A stretch of 64,000 nucleotides of DNA, from assembly GCA_025362135.1 (NCBI GenBank), contig JANYHZ010000281.1:6389-70388 (forward strand), given 5' to 3'. Positions 39,931-50,328 of the stretch are shown here, piece by piece. Every line of letters begins with the position of its first letter. Position 1 is the first letter of the stretch. The DNA is from Betaproteobacteria bacterium (lineage in GTDB: Bacteria; Pseudomonadota; Gammaproteobacteria; Burkholderiales; Usitatibacteraceae). A program made the translations under genes and the position numbers. The notes below the pieces were generated by a model. That model saw only the letters and a program-made list of their open reading frames with translations, was not told where the DNA came from and did no database searches.

Positions 39931-41853
39931 ATGGCACGCAAACCCAAAAGCGCACGCGACACCGACGAATTTCCCTTCCCCAATTTCAAGGCGCTTAAAG
40001 CCGAGGCAAAGGTGGTGGATGTCGAGGTGCAACGGACGCGTCTGAAGACCTTGATCACGCTCGGTAAAGAGCGCGGCTTCCTGACTTACGCCGAAATCAA
40101 CGATCACCTGCCGGACATGGTCGACGCAGAGCAGATCGAAGCGATCACGACCACGTTCAACGAAATGGGCATTCAGGTTTATGACGAAGCGCCCGACGCC
40201 GAAACGCTATTGCTGAATGAGGCCGCACCCACGGTCGCCGATGACGAAGACGCCGCCGAAGAAGCCGCTCAGGCACTTTCCACAGTGGATTCCGAATTCG
40301 GCCGCACCACCGACCCGGTCCGCATGTACATGCGCGAAATGGGTTCGGTAGAGCTGCTCACGCGCGAAGGCGAAATCGAAATCGCCAAACGCATCGAAGA
40401 CGGTTTGAAGCACATGATTCACGCGATCTCGTCGTGCCCGACGACCATTCAGGACATCCTGAATCTCGCCGACATGGTGGAGAAAGACGAGCTGCGCATC
40501 GACGAAGTGATCGATGGCCTGGTCGATCCGAACGAAGATGAAGTCGCCGAAGCGGAACTCTCCGACGACGATATCGATGAGGAAGAGATCGAGGAAGAGG
40601 AAGACGAAGATGGCTCAATTGCGGCCGCCAACCTGGAGCAGCTGAAACAGGATTCTCTCGCGCGCTTCAATGCCATCCGCAAGCTCTACAAAAAAATGCG
40701 CAAGGCGCTGACCGAGAAAGGCCACCGTTCGCGCGCGTACAAAGATTTGCAGGAAGAACTATCCGCCGAACTGATGCAGATCCGCTTTTCCGCCAAGCAG
40801 GTAGAGCGGCTTTGCAACGGCTTGCGATCGCTGGTCGATTCCGTGCGTCAGCGCGAGCGCCATATTCAGGAATTATGCGTAAAAAATTCCAGCATGCCGC
40901 GGGCGCACTTTATCAAGTCGTTTCCCGGCAACGAAACGAATCTGAAATGGATCACTGAAGAAATTACCAACGGTAAAGGCTATGCCGCCGCGCTGGTGAA
41001 GTTCAAACCTTCGATCATCGAGGAGCAGGAATTTCTGATCAATTTGCAAAAAGAAGTCGGTCTGCCGGTCAAGGACCTGAAGGAAATTGCGCGGCAAATG
41101 AGCACGGGTGAGGCCAAGGCCCGCCGCGCCAAGCGCGAAATGATCGAGGCCAATTTGCGTCTGGTAATTTCGATCGCCAAGAAGTACACCAACCGCGGTT
41201 TGCAATTCCTCGACTTGATCCAGGAGGGCAATATCGGTTTGATGAAAGCCGTGGACAAGTTCGAATATCGCCGTGGTTATAAATTCTCGACCTATGCCAC
41301 ATGGTGGATTCGTCAGGCCATTACCCGCTCGATTGCCGATCAGGCCCGTACGATCCGTATTCCCGTGCACATGATCGAAACCATCAACAAGATGAACCGC
41401 ATTTCGCGGCAGATTTTGCAAGAGACCGGGCTTGAGCCGGATCCGGCGACGCTGGCCAAGAAAATGGAAATGCCGGAAGACAAAATCAGGAAGATTTTGA
41501 AAATCAGCAAAGAGCCGATCTCGATGGAAACGCCGATTGGCGATGACGATGATTCACACTTGGGCGATTTCATCGAGGACACACAGACGCTTGCACCGGA
41601 CGATTCGGCTCAGTACACGTCGCTGCGCGATGTCACCAAGGATGTACTGGATTCATTGACCCCACGCGAAGCGAAGGTATTGCGGATGCGCTTCGGTATT
41701 GAAATGAATACCGATCACACGCTGGAGGAAGTCGGCAAACAGTTCGACGTGACGCGGGAACGGATTCGCCAGATTGAAGCGAAGGCATTGCGCAAGTTGC
41801 GTCATCCGTCGCGCTCAGAGAAGCTGAAAAGTTTTTTGGAAACCGACAGTTGA
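39931..41853 (+). CDS. rpoD: RNA polymerase sigma-70 factor
   Basis: It has an acidic region-1 insert, region 2 ([56 protein letters not shown]) and region 4 ([28 protein letters not shown]). I trimmed the start to MARKPK. Confidence 0.97.
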   Translation: MARKPKSARDTDEFPFPNFKALKAEAKVVDVEVQRTRLKTLITLGKERGFLTYAEINDHLPDMVDAEQIEAITTTFNEMGIQVYDEAPDAETLLLNEAAPTVADDEDAAEEAAQALSTVDSEFGRTTDPVRMYMREMGSVELLTREGEIEIAKRIEDGLKHMIHAISSCPTTIQDILNLADMVEKDELRIDEVIDGLVDPNEDEVAEAELSDDDIDEEEIEEEEDEDGSIAAANLEQLKQDSLARFNAIRKLYKKMRKALTEKGHRSRAYKDLQEELSAELMQIRFSAKQVERLCNGLRSLVDSVRQRERHIQELCVKNSSMPRAHFIKSFPGNETNLKWITEEITNGKGYAAALVKFKPSIIEEQEFLINLQKEVGLPVKDLKEIARQMSTGEAKARRAKREMIEANLRLVISIAKKYTNRGLQFLDLIQEGNIGLMKAVDKFEYRRGYKFSTYATWWIRQAITRSIADQARTIRIPVHMIETINKMNRISRQILQETGLEPDPATLAKKMEMPEDKIRKILKISKEPISMETPIGDDDDSHLGDFIEDTQTLAPDDSAQYTSLRDVTKDVLDSLTPREAKVLRMRFGIEMNTDHTLEEVGKQFDVTRERIRQIEAKALRKLRHPSRSEKLKSFLETDS

Positions 41854-41877
41854 TTTTCCATCCAGGCATCAAGAAAG

Positions 41878-41902
41878 TGGCCCGCATTGCGGGCCATTTT
41901 TT
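41878..41902. terminator. Rho-independent terminator after rpoD
   Basis: TGGCCCGC-ATT-GCGGGCCA is followed by TTTTTT. The T-run reaches the stop codon of the convergent gene. Confidence 0.7.
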
Positions 41903-44636
41903 AGCCGGGTTTGAGCTCGGGACTTAGCGCCAGCACCACTTTGAGTGTGTGATTTGGATCGTTACCCGGCTCTGAAATAAAACCAAGATGGGCCGCGAGT
42001 GACAGCATCCCGGCATTTGCCGATAAGACTGCACCATCCATCGAAACGTACCCCGCTGCGCGTGCGCAGACGATCAATGCTTTCATCAACGTAGTGCCGA
42101 CGCCACGGCCCTGCCATTCATCAGCGACTACGCAAGCGAACTCGATACTTACGCGATCTGCGTTAGGAAAATATCGTGCGACACCGACAATTTCACTGGT
42201 CGCCGGTACCAGCAGCAGCAACGCCATTTCGCGGTCGTAATCGAGTTGTGTAAAGCGCGCCATCATTTCTGCCGATAGTACAGAAACCGGATATTGAAAT
42301 CGCGAATAGCGCGAGGCAACCGAAAGCTTGGCAACGAATGCATGCTCGCGCTCGGCATCGTCCGGGCGAACGGGCCGCAACATCAATTGGCCGCCGTCGT
42401 TCAGCAAAATCGCCTGTTCCAATTCGATGGGATAGGGAAAGATCGCCATATGGCGGTAGCGATTGTCGCTAATGGGCAGTTTGGGATTGATGACGATACG
42501 CGCGTCCACAACAGACGCACCCCCCGGATGCACCAGCACCGGATTCAAATCCATTTCTTCGATCCACGGCAACAGGCAAGACATCATCGATACGCGTTGC
42601 AAGATGTCGATAATCGCGTTGTCATCGATGGCCGGCACATCGCGATACGCGTTTAGCAAACCGCGAATACGGGTCGAAGCCATCAACGTCGCCGCGAGGC
42701 TCGGGTTCAAAGGTGGCAGTGCAAGTGCCAAATCGTGCAGGGCTTCTACGGCGACACCACCAGCGCCAAATGCAATCACCGGGCCGAATACCGCATCGCG
42801 TTTCAGTCCAACAATGACTTCGCGCTGATGTGCAAAATTCATCATTGGCTGGATATTGACGCCAACGATGTGCGCTTCTGGTTTGATGAGTCCGACCTGC
42901 TCCATCATGTCATCGTAGGCATGCCCGACTTGTTTTGTATTTACCAGGTTCAGTCGTACGCCGCCTACGTCGCTTTTGTGTGTGATGTCAGGGGAATGAA
43001 TTTTCATCGCTACCGGATAGCCCATCTTTTTCGCAGCCGCTTGCGCTTCATCACGTGTAGCGGCTATTTCCCCGGCATTTACCGGCAATCCAAACGCAAC
43101 GAGTAACGATTTCGCTTCAATCTCGGTCAGCAAAGTGCGCTTCTGGCTTAACACCAGCGCGCGGATGCGCGTTGCCTCCGCCACCGCTTGTGCGGCATGG
43201 TGGAAATTCAATCCAGTGAACGCCGGTACCGATTCAAGCAACATTGCTTGATGCCGCTTGAAGCGAACCATAAAGGACATCGCCTCCACTGCATTTTCCG
43301 GCGTCATGAAGTTGGCAATTCCAGCCTTTTCCAGCATCGTCCGAGCCTCGATGATCGACGCGCCGCCGAGGAACGCGGTAAACAGTGGCTTTGCGTGCTG
43401 CTGCGCAATTGGAATGATCGCCGCGGCGGCAGCCTCCGGCGTCGTGACTCGCTGTGGACAGAACAATACCAGCGTCGCATCCACATTTGTGTCATCCATG
43501 ACCGCCTGGGTGCTCACTGAAAAACGCTCAGCTGTCGCATCACCGATAATGTCAACTGGATTTGCCCTTGACCAGTGTTCCGGCAATGCTGCATCCAGTA
43601 CTTCCATCGTACTCTTGGAGAGTTTGGCGAGTTCAAGTCGGTTATCGATTGCAACATCAGCGGCAACGACCCCAGGACCACCGCCGTTCGTGACAATCGC
43701 CAATCGCGCCCCGGTCGGACGTTTCGTCATAGTGAGTACGCGCGCCGCAGCAAATAACTGTAGTGAGCTCGATACGCGCACGGCACCCGAGCGCGCAAGT
43801 GCGGCATCAAAAACTGCATCACTGCCTGCCAGCGCGCCCGTGTGGCTGGTGACTGCCTTGGTGCCTGCGCTGTGACGCCCCGCTTTGAAAACCACCACCG
43901 GCTTTACCCGCGCGGCTGCACGCAGGGATGCGAGAAAGCCGCGCGCATCTCGTATGCCCTCGATGTATAACAATATGCTTTTCGTTTCGGCATCCTGAAC
44001 GAGAAAATCGAGCAGTTCGCCAAAGTCGAGATCAAGCGCGCCGCCCAGAGAGACGACGCTGGAAAAGCCTATCTCCGTCGTTGCCGCCCAATCCAGCAAC
44101 GCAGTACACACCGCGCCAGACTGTGAAATCAACGCAAGCGGACCTGGCCTGCAGGTGGCATTGGCGAAGGTGGCATTCAAGCCGATGGAGGGGCGCATGA
44201 TACCAACGCAATTGGGGCCGATCATACGCATACCACTGCGTTTCAGTTCGTTTTGAAGGAGCTGTGTGCGGATGCGCCCTTCTTTGCCGGATTCATTAAA
44301 GCCCGCAGAAAGGACCACAGCGTATTTAATGCCCTGGGTGCCCGCGACATGCATAACTTCAGCGACGGTGTTTGCTGGCGAGGCAATCACAATTAAATCT
44401 GGCACGGTCGGCAAGTCCTCGATAGAGCGATAACACGTGTCGCCAAATACGGTGCGATATTTAGGGTTCACCGCGTACAAGACGCCCCCATGCGCGCTCT
44501 GGTACTCGTTGCTGCGCATGTTTTCGAGCACAAAGCGGCCCAGCGCACCTTCGCGCTCCGAGGCACCGATCACCGCTACGCTACGCGGAACCAGAAGGTG
44601 ATGAAGATAATGGATCGACATCGCATTAGTATGCAT
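41901..44636 (-). CDS. Pat/PatZ-like protein lysine acetyltransferase (NDP-forming acyl-CoA synthetase-like domains + C-terminal GNAT)
   Basis: It has N-terminal CoA-binding (PRSVAVIGAS), IGPNCVG, ISQSGA, an ATP-grasp region (GYPVAMKIHSPDITHKSDVGGV) and a GNAT end (QGRGVGTTLM). It appears collinear with E. coli PatZ. Confidence 0.88.
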   Translation of the reverse strand: MHTNAMSIHYLHHLLVPRSVAVIGASEREGALGRFVLENMRSNEYQSAHGGVLYAVNPKYRTVFGDTCYRSIEDLPTVPDLIVIASPANTVAEVMHVAGTQGIKYAVVLSAGFNESGKEGRIRTQLLQNELKRSGMRMIGPNCVGIMRPSIGLNATFANATCRPGPLALISQSGAVCTALLDWAATTEIGFSSVVSLGGALDLDFGELLDFLVQDAETKSILLYIEGIRDARGFLASLRAAARVKPVVVFKAGRHSAGTKAVTSHTGALAGSDAVFDAALARSGAVRVSSSLQLFAAARVLTMTKRPTGARLAIVTNGGGPGVVAADVAIDNRLELAKLSKSTMEVLDAALPEHWSRANPVDIIGDATAERFSVSTQAVMDDTNVDATLVLFCPQRVTTPEAAAAAIIPIAQQHAKPLFTAFLGGASIIEARTMLEKAGIANFMTPENAVEAMSFMVRFKRHQAMLLESVPAFTGLNFHHAAQAVAEATRIRALVLSQKRTLLTEIEAKSLLVAFGLPVNAGEIAATRDEAQAAAKKMGYPVAMKIHSPDITHKSDVGGVRLNLVNTKQVGHAYDDMMEQVGLIKPEAHIVGVNIQPMMNFAHQREVIVGLKRDAVFGPVIAFGAGGVAVEALHDLALALPPLNPSLAATLMASTRIRGLLNAYRDVPAIDDNAIIDILQRVSMMSCLLPWIEEMDLNPVLVHPGGASVVDARIVINPKLPISDNRYRHMAIFPYPIELEQAILLNDGGQLMLRPVRPDDAEREHAFVAKLSVASRYSRFQYPVSVLSAEMMARFTQLDYDREMALLLLVPATSEIVGVARYFPNADRVSIEFACVVADEWQGRGVGTTLMKALIVCARAAGYVSMDGAVLSANAGMLSLAAHLGFISEPGNDPNHTLKVVLALSPELKPG

Positions 44637-44710
44637 GCAATTCCTTGCCGTTCGATGACAAGAGGCTACGCCGAGCCGCTATAATCTTGACTGCAATTCC
44701 TTTCAAGCAA

Positions 44711-44787
44711 GGGCCGTTAGCTCAGTTGGTTAGAGCAGAGGACTCATAATCCTTTGGTCCCTGGTTCAAGTCCAGGACGGCCCACCA
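44711..44787 (+). tRNA. tRNA with CAU anticodon, most like tRNA-Ile2 (lysidine-modified, ileX type); elongator tRNA-Met not excluded
   Basis: It is a 77-nt cloverleaf with acceptor stem GGGCCGT/ACGGCCC, anticodon loop CT-CAT-AA (CAT at 44755-44757), T-arm GGTTCAAGTCC and an encoded CCA. The body resembles E. coli ileX much more than metT. Confidence 0.9.
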
Positions 44788-44799
44788 AACACTCTGCAA

Positions 44800-45795
44800 A
44801 TGGTTCAACCGCATATTTCGCCCGCTGCCTCAACGGGCCTGCATTTCAAATCCGTCTGCGTCGCGGGGCTGAAACCCGGGCCGAGCGTTATCATCACCGG
44901 GGCGGTGCACGGCAACGAAACGTGCGGCACACAGGCAATTCATCGCGTACTCGAGGACATCGCCCAGAAGCGCTTGAGTATCGTCAGCGGCATGGTCACA
45001 TTCGTGCCGATTACCAATCCGCTGGCATACGCGCGCCACGAACGGGCGGGAGATCGGAATCTGAATCGCAATCTTTATCCGGTCGCGCAGCCCGCCGATT
45101 TTGAAGATCATGTTGCCAACTGGCTGTGCCCGTTGTTAGCGCGTCACGAGGTGCTGCTCGACCTTCACTCGACCCGTGCGCAGAATCCCGCCTTCGCGAT
45201 GCTCGGGCCCGAAAACAATACCGGTATTTTGCAGCCGTTCAAGCATTTCGAAAAGGAACGAGCGCTCGCCAAACGACTCGGCGTGCATCGGTTTGTAGAT
45301 GGTTGGTTAAGCACCTATGCGAAGGGTGTGGAGAGGCGCGTGAGTGATACGGTTCCCTCCGGCAATCGCGCGAACGCGCTGAACACCGATCCGCGTTACG
45401 GCGTCGGCACCACTGAATACATGCGCTCCGCTGGCGGCTATGCGATCACGCTCGAATGTGGCGCACACGATGATCCGGCGTCGCCGGAGGTTGGCTATCG
45501 CGCAATTCTCAACACGCTCGCGTTCCTCGGGATTACGTCGTCGCCACCACCACAACCGGTGGAAAAATACGAAGCACTACGCATGGTTGAAGTTCACGAC
45601 AAGAACAATGTTGGCGACGCCTTCAGCCGCGCGTGGGCCAGTTTTGATCGCTTAAGCAAAGGGGATCTCATCGGCACCCGGCATGACGGCACGCGCTTGC
45701 TAGCCGAAGACGAGGGCTGCATTTTGTTTCCGGACGCGAAAGCGGAGCCTGGCAATGAGTGGTTCTATCTGACGAAGACGGTTGTAGAGATTTGA
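44800..45795 (+). CDS. Succinylglutamate desuccinylase/aspartoacylase (AstE/AspA, M14-like) family protein
   Basis: It has the zinc motif GAVHGNETCG followed by DRNLNRN and DLHS. Confidence 0.8.
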   Translation: MVQPHISPAASTGLHFKSVCVAGLKPGPSVIITGAVHGNETCGTQAIHRVLEDIAQKRLSIVSGMVTFVPITNPLAYARHERAGDRNLNRNLYPVAQPADFEDHVANWLCPLLARHEVLLDLHSTRAQNPAFAMLGPENNTGILQPFKHFEKERALAKRLGVHRFVDGWLSTYAKGVERRVSDTVPSGNRANALNTDPRYGVGTTEYMRSAGGYAITLECGAHDDPASPEVGYRAILNTLAFLGITSSPPPQPVEKYEALRMVEVHDKNNVGDAFSRAWASFDRLSKGDLIGTRHDGTRLLAEDEGCILFPDAKAEPGNEWFYLTKTVVEI

Positions 45796-45892
45796 GTAAA
45801 GTCCAGGGATACGCAGAACAATCGATTTTTGTGCGACCGAGAGTCAAGGCGCGCGTTCGGTGTGGCGACGCAAGCCCAATTTGCCCGCAACG

Positions 45893-46969
45893 TCACGGCG
45901 CGCGCACAACTTTGCCGCCAAACCATGCCCGGACGGGTTCTTCGACGCGCGTCATGAGTACGTGTGCAACAGTGATCGACACCACTACCGACGAAACCAT
46001 GAGTAGTGCGAAATGCTCTGCCGTGCTGAAAAATATCGAGAGCGCCATTAGCAGCGGAAAGTGGACGCAATAGAGAGGGTAGGAAAGGCGTCCGAAATAG
46101 GTGCATACCTTGTGCCAGACGCTGTTGCTTTCGATGGTGCACCTTAGCGTGCAGATGACGAGGACCGGCATGAGAATCACGGCGTTCACGAACCAATAGG
46201 CGTGGTGCCCGTCGAATCGCGGGACGGCCAACAAAAGCATGACCAACAATATCAGGTAGGCCGGCTTGATGTGCGGAACAAAGTGGAATTTGTCTTTGAG
46301 CTGGAAAATTAACACACCGGCAAAGAAGGAAAAAAATACTCTTGGAAACCCGCCAATGAAATTCTCGGTGCCCCACCCAGGTGCTTCGCCAAGCGCGCTG
46401 GTCGCGAAATAGAGTCCGATACTGGATGTCGCTACAAGTACAAATGGTATCTTTCGGGAAACACCAATCGTCGCGGCGTAAAAAAAATTGGCGAGCAATC
46501 CGAAAAACAACGACCAGGCCGGGCTGTTCAGGGGGAAAATAGCGCCGGGTATCCGGTCGATAAACACCTGTATATCGTAGCTGTTCAGATAGGGCAGAAA
46601 GGCCAGGTTCAGCAGCGAGGCCTTGGTCATCGCCTCCCAGGTGAAATCTGTCAGGCCATGGATTTTCAGCATAACAAGCGCGATTATGCCCAGCACGAGC
46701 CCAACAAAGTACATTGGGTATAGACGTATCAGGCGCTTCTTCGCGTACAAGGTTAATGCCATCCCCTGGATCAGTCTTTCGTGATAAGAGTAGGCAAGGA
46801 CGAAACCGCTCAGGCAGAAAAACAATTCGACACCGATGGCGGCAGAGGAAAACACCGCTATATGGCCGATACTGTGCTGCGTGAAGTGATGTATGACAAT
46901 AGCCAACGCCGCGACTCCCCGCAATCCATCGAGGAAAACGTATCGCTGGCGGGAAAAATTCTCTTTCAT
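45893..46969 (-). CDS. Acyltransferase family 3 membrane protein (OafA-like O-acyltransferase)
   Basis: It has RYVFLDGLRGVAALAIVIHH and about 10 TM helices. Confidence 0.8.
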   Translation of the reverse strand: MKENFSRQRYVFLDGLRGVAALAIVIHHFTQHSIGHIAVFSSAAIGVELFFCLSGFVLAYSYHERLIQGMALTLYAKKRLIRLYPMYFVGLVLGIIALVMLKIHGLTDFTWEAMTKASLLNLAFLPYLNSYDIQVFIDRIPGAIFPLNSPAWSLFFGLLANFFYAATIGVSRKIPFVLVATSSIGLYFATSALGEAPGWGTENFIGGFPRVFFSFFAGVLIFQLKDKFHFVPHIKPAYLILLVMLLLAVPRFDGHHAYWFVNAVILMPVLVICTLRCTIESNSVWHKVCTYFGRLSYPLYCVHFPLLMALSIFFSTAEHFALLMVSSVVVSITVAHVLMTRVEEPVRAWFGGKVVRAP

Positions 46970-47324
46970 TGCCGAGTGTCGCTTCGCGTTTAGTCAAGTC
47001 GTGGCATACGCGTCGTCGGCAGACCATCGCAGCGCCGTCCGGGATCGCAACCAGTTGTAATCAGTGTTTGGTGCCAATGATATTGGAAATCATGGGCAAA
47101 GACGTTGGCGTCACCAAAAAACAGTTTTTTGGTGACCCGCAGGCACCAGGAAAGCGCCGTGGAAGCGGCACGCGCAGCCTCGAAGGTTTCCGTTGATCGC
47201 AGAATGCGTCGAGCTCATGCATGGATGCACCTCAGATGAAAGACCCGCAAACGCGAGCATTGACGAGCATTTCGGAGCATTTATGCTCTAAACACCCCGT
47301 CAAATGGCGTTCTGCGTTTCTACA

Positions 47325-48563
47325 TTAATGAAAAAACAGATACGCCACAAATATCGCCGCCACCACCCCTGCGAAATCCGCGAGCAATCCGTAGGTAATC
47401 GCATAGCGTGTCTTCTTGATACCAACCGAGCCAAAATACAGCGCGACGATATAAAACGTCGTGTCGGCTGAGCCCTGGAAAATACATGCGAGCCTGCCGA
47501 CAAAGGAGTCGACGCCATACGTTTGCATGGCGTCGATCATCATCGCTCTCGAGCCTGAACCGCTGATCGGTTTCATCAACGCTGTCGGCAGGGCGGGCGT
47601 GAAATCGGTGTTCACACCCAGTTGCGTAAAGAACCAGGTAAATCCGCTGACGACAAAGCCGAGGATGCCGGAATTACGCAGCACGCTGATCGCGACCAGC
47701 ATGCCGACGAGATAGGGGATGATCTTGAGAGACGTCTCAATGCCGCCTTTGGCACCTTCGATGAAGGCGTCGTACACATCGATGCGTTTACGCAGCGCGG
47801 CAACGATGAAACCGGCGATGATCGAAAACAAGATCAGGTTGCTGAACACTTTGGAGAAAACTTCAATTTCCGGTTTGGTGAGAAAATTGCTCATATACCA
47901 GACCGCAGCGACGATCAGCGCGGTGAGCCCGCCCAGCCATCCCATGATGACGCGATCAAACAGGTTGATGCGCTGCTTGATCGCGACAGCAACCATTGAA
48001 ACCACGGTGGCTACGTAAGTCGCGATCAGCGTCGGAATAAAAATATCGGAGGCGTCCTTCGCCCCCAGGATCGCGCGTTGCGCCATGATGGACAGCGGGA
48101 TCAATGTCAGACCGGAGGTGTGTAGCACCAAAAACATGATCTGCGCATTGCTGGCCTCTTCCTTGTTCGGGTTTAGCGTTTGCAAACTCTCCATCGCCTT
48201 AAGGCCGAAGGGGGTGGCAGCGTTGTCTAGCCCGAGAAAATTGGCGGAAAAGTTCATCACCATATGGCCGGTGGCTGGATGGTCTTTCGGCACCTCCGGG
48301 AAAATGCGCGAAAAGAACGGCGCGATGATTCTTGCCAGCAGATTGATCGCACCGGCTTTCTCGCCGATACTCAATATCCCCAGCCACAGAGTCATAATGC
48401 CCGCGAGCGGCAACGCGATATCCATCACCGCCACCTTCGCTGCGGTGAAGGTACCGTCAATGATTCGTTTGAAGACTTCCACATCGCCGAGAAACAGCCA
48501 TTGCGCGAGTGCCGCCAAAAAGCCAACCAGAAAGAAACCAGTCCAGATGTAGGTGAGCGTCAT
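47325..48563 (-). CDS. Nucleoside-recognition (SpmA/SpmB-like, Gate domain) membrane protein
   Basis: It is polytopic, with LPLAGIMTLWLGILSIGEKAGAINLLARIIAPFFSRIFPEVP and NFSANFLGLDNAATPFGLKAM, as in fused SpmA/SpmB proteins. Confidence 0.7.
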   Translation of the reverse strand: MTLTYIWTGFFLVGFLAALAQWLFLGDVEVFKRIIDGTFTAAKVAVMDIALPLAGIMTLWLGILSIGEKAGAINLLARIIAPFFSRIFPEVPKDHPATGHMVMNFSANFLGLDNAATPFGLKAMESLQTLNPNKEEASNAQIMFLVLHTSGLTLIPLSIMAQRAILGAKDASDIFIPTLIATYVATVVSMVAVAIKQRINLFDRVIMGWLGGLTALIVAAVWYMSNFLTKPEIEVFSKVFSNLILFSIIAGFIVAALRKRIDVYDAFIEGAKGGIETSLKIIPYLVGMLVAISVLRNSGILGFVVSGFTWFFTQLGVNTDFTPALPTALMKPISGSGSRAMMIDAMQTYGVDSFVGRLACIFQGSADTTFYIVALYFGSVGIKKTRYAITYGLLADFAGVVAAIFVAYLFFH

Positions 48564-48792
48564 GGCGGGAAAGTCTTTTTATTGTTGGCGGTGTTGGCAC
48601 AGCGATGGAAAGTCTTCCGTACTTTACACGTCCGTCTCCCGTTTGGTGATGTCAGAATGCGTTTTGTGGGTGCGGTGACCTTGCCGCGATTGGCCTGTCT
48701 CTCGGTTCCACTGCTTCGCTTCAAGTGTGCCCTTGTCTCGCCAGGTTAGCGGGAGCGGAAATCCTAACCCTGACCGACCAATTCATCACCCT

Positions 48793-50301
48793 ATGTCGCC
48801 CACCCTCCTTTTCTGCTTCGTCATCGCCTACTTCGCGCTGCTCCTCGGTGTGGCGTGGCTCACGTCGCGCAACACCGACAACGAATCTTTTTTCATCGGT
48901 AACCGCAAAAGTAACTGGATGCTGGTGGCCTTTGGCATGGTGGGTACCTCGCTCAGCGGCGTGACGTTCATCAGTGTTCCGGGCGCGGTTGGTGCCGGCG
49001 CGTTCACCTATTTCCAGATTGTCATCGGCCAGTTGCTCGGCTATTTCGTCATTGCCTTTGTCCTCTTGCCGATTTACTACCGGCTGAACCTCACCTCGAT
49101 TTATCACTATCTCGATACGCGTATGGGGCGGCACGCGTACAAAACCGGGGCTGGCTTTTTTGTCTTGTCACGCACGCTTGGCGCGACAGCACGCCTGTAT
49201 CTGGTGGTGAAGATTTTGCAGGATGCCATTCTCGATGGACTGCACGTGCCGTTCTGGGTGACTGCCTTGGTTATCCTTGTGATGATCCTGCTCTATACCT
49301 ACGAAGGCGGTGTCAAAACCATCGTCTGGACCGATACCCTGCAAACGGCGTGCATGCTGGCAGGCTTGGTGATTTGTGTGAGTTACGTACTTGAGGGACT
49401 GCATCTTTCGATTGGGGAGAGCCTGGCGCAATTGAATGAGCGCGGGCTATCAACGATTTTTTCCACCGACATCAACAGCAGCAAGTTTTTTGTTAAACAG
49501 ATCCTCGCCGGCGTGTTCATTGCCATTGCGATGACAGGGCTCGACCAGGAAATGATGCAGAAGAACATCTCGGTGAAAACGTTGGTGGACTCGCAAAAAA
49601 ACATCATCACCTTGAGTATCATTATGCTCGGCGTCGTTCTGCTATTTCTATACCTTGGCGGCCTGCTCACGCTCTATGCACCGACAGTCGGCGTACTAGA
49701 GACGGGCGACAAAATTTTCCCCGCCGTCGTATTGAGGCATCTGCCTGCGATGGTGCAGGTCATCTTTGTCATCGCGCTGATCTCCGCACTTTTTCCCAGT
49801 GCCGACGGCGCCATCACCGCGCTGACCTCTTCGTTTTGCATCGATATCCTCGGCATCAATCGACGCAGCGATTTGAACGAGGCGCAACGCAAAAATGTGC
49901 GCCACCGGGTGCACATTGGCTTCGCCGCGTTGTTTTTGCTGCTGGTGATGGGTTTCAAGTGGGCCGACAATCCAAGCATGATCGGGCTGATTCTGAAGCT
50001 CGCAGGCTACACCTATGGGCCGCTGCTGGGGCTATTTGCGTTCGGCATTCTCACGCGCCGGGTCGTTCGTGATCGACTCGTTCCGTTCATCGCCATAGCC
50101 GCGCCGATCATTTGCTTTTTTATCGACAAGTATCAGCGGGTGCTGTTTGGCAACTATGAGGTCGGGTTGGAGCTGTTGATTATTAATGGGGCGCTTACGT
50201 TTGCCGGTCTTTGGATGGTCTCCAGCGAAAGCAGGGTGGGCAAAGCGTCGCGTGCCCACGCGATCGCCGATGGTGGGCACGCTACACGTGGCCTGTCCTG
50301 A
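48793..50301 (+). CDS. Sodium:solute symporter (SSF) family transporter
   Basis: It has about 13 TM helices. The N-terminal FFIGNRKSNWMLVAFGMVGTSLSGVTFISVPG is typical of SSF. I trimmed the start to MSPTLL. Confidence 0.85.
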   Translation: MSPTLLFCFVIAYFALLLGVAWLTSRNTDNESFFIGNRKSNWMLVAFGMVGTSLSGVTFISVPGAVGAGAFTYFQIVIGQLLGYFVIAFVLLPIYYRLNLTSIYHYLDTRMGRHAYKTGAGFFVLSRTLGATARLYLVVKILQDAILDGLHVPFWVTALVILVMILLYTYEGGVKTIVWTDTLQTACMLAGLVICVSYVLEGLHLSIGESLAQLNERGLSTIFSTDINSSKFFVKQILAGVFIAIAMTGLDQEMMQKNISVKTLVDSQKNIITLSIIMLGVVLLFLYLGGLLTLYAPTVGVLETGDKIFPAVVLRHLPAMVQVIFVIALISALFPSADGAITALTSSFCIDILGINRRSDLNEAQRKNVRHRVHIGFAALFLLLVMGFKWADNPSMIGLILKLAGYTYGPLLGLFAFGILTRRVVRDRLVPFIAIAAPIICFFIDKYQRVLFGNYEVGLELLIINGALTFAGLWMVSSESRVGKASRAHAIADGGHATRGLS

Positions 50302-50328
50302 GTCTGCCGAAGGGCCCACCCAACAGCA

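Noticed and set aside
45765-47027. A 420-aa minus-strand ORF, the longest ORF in this interval in the track
   Set aside because: It is an alternative frame on the same strand as the acyltransferase-3 gene (45893-46969). Its product is Arg/Cys/Pro-rich with no recognisable motif. The other frame gives a coherent polytopic protein with the family signature.
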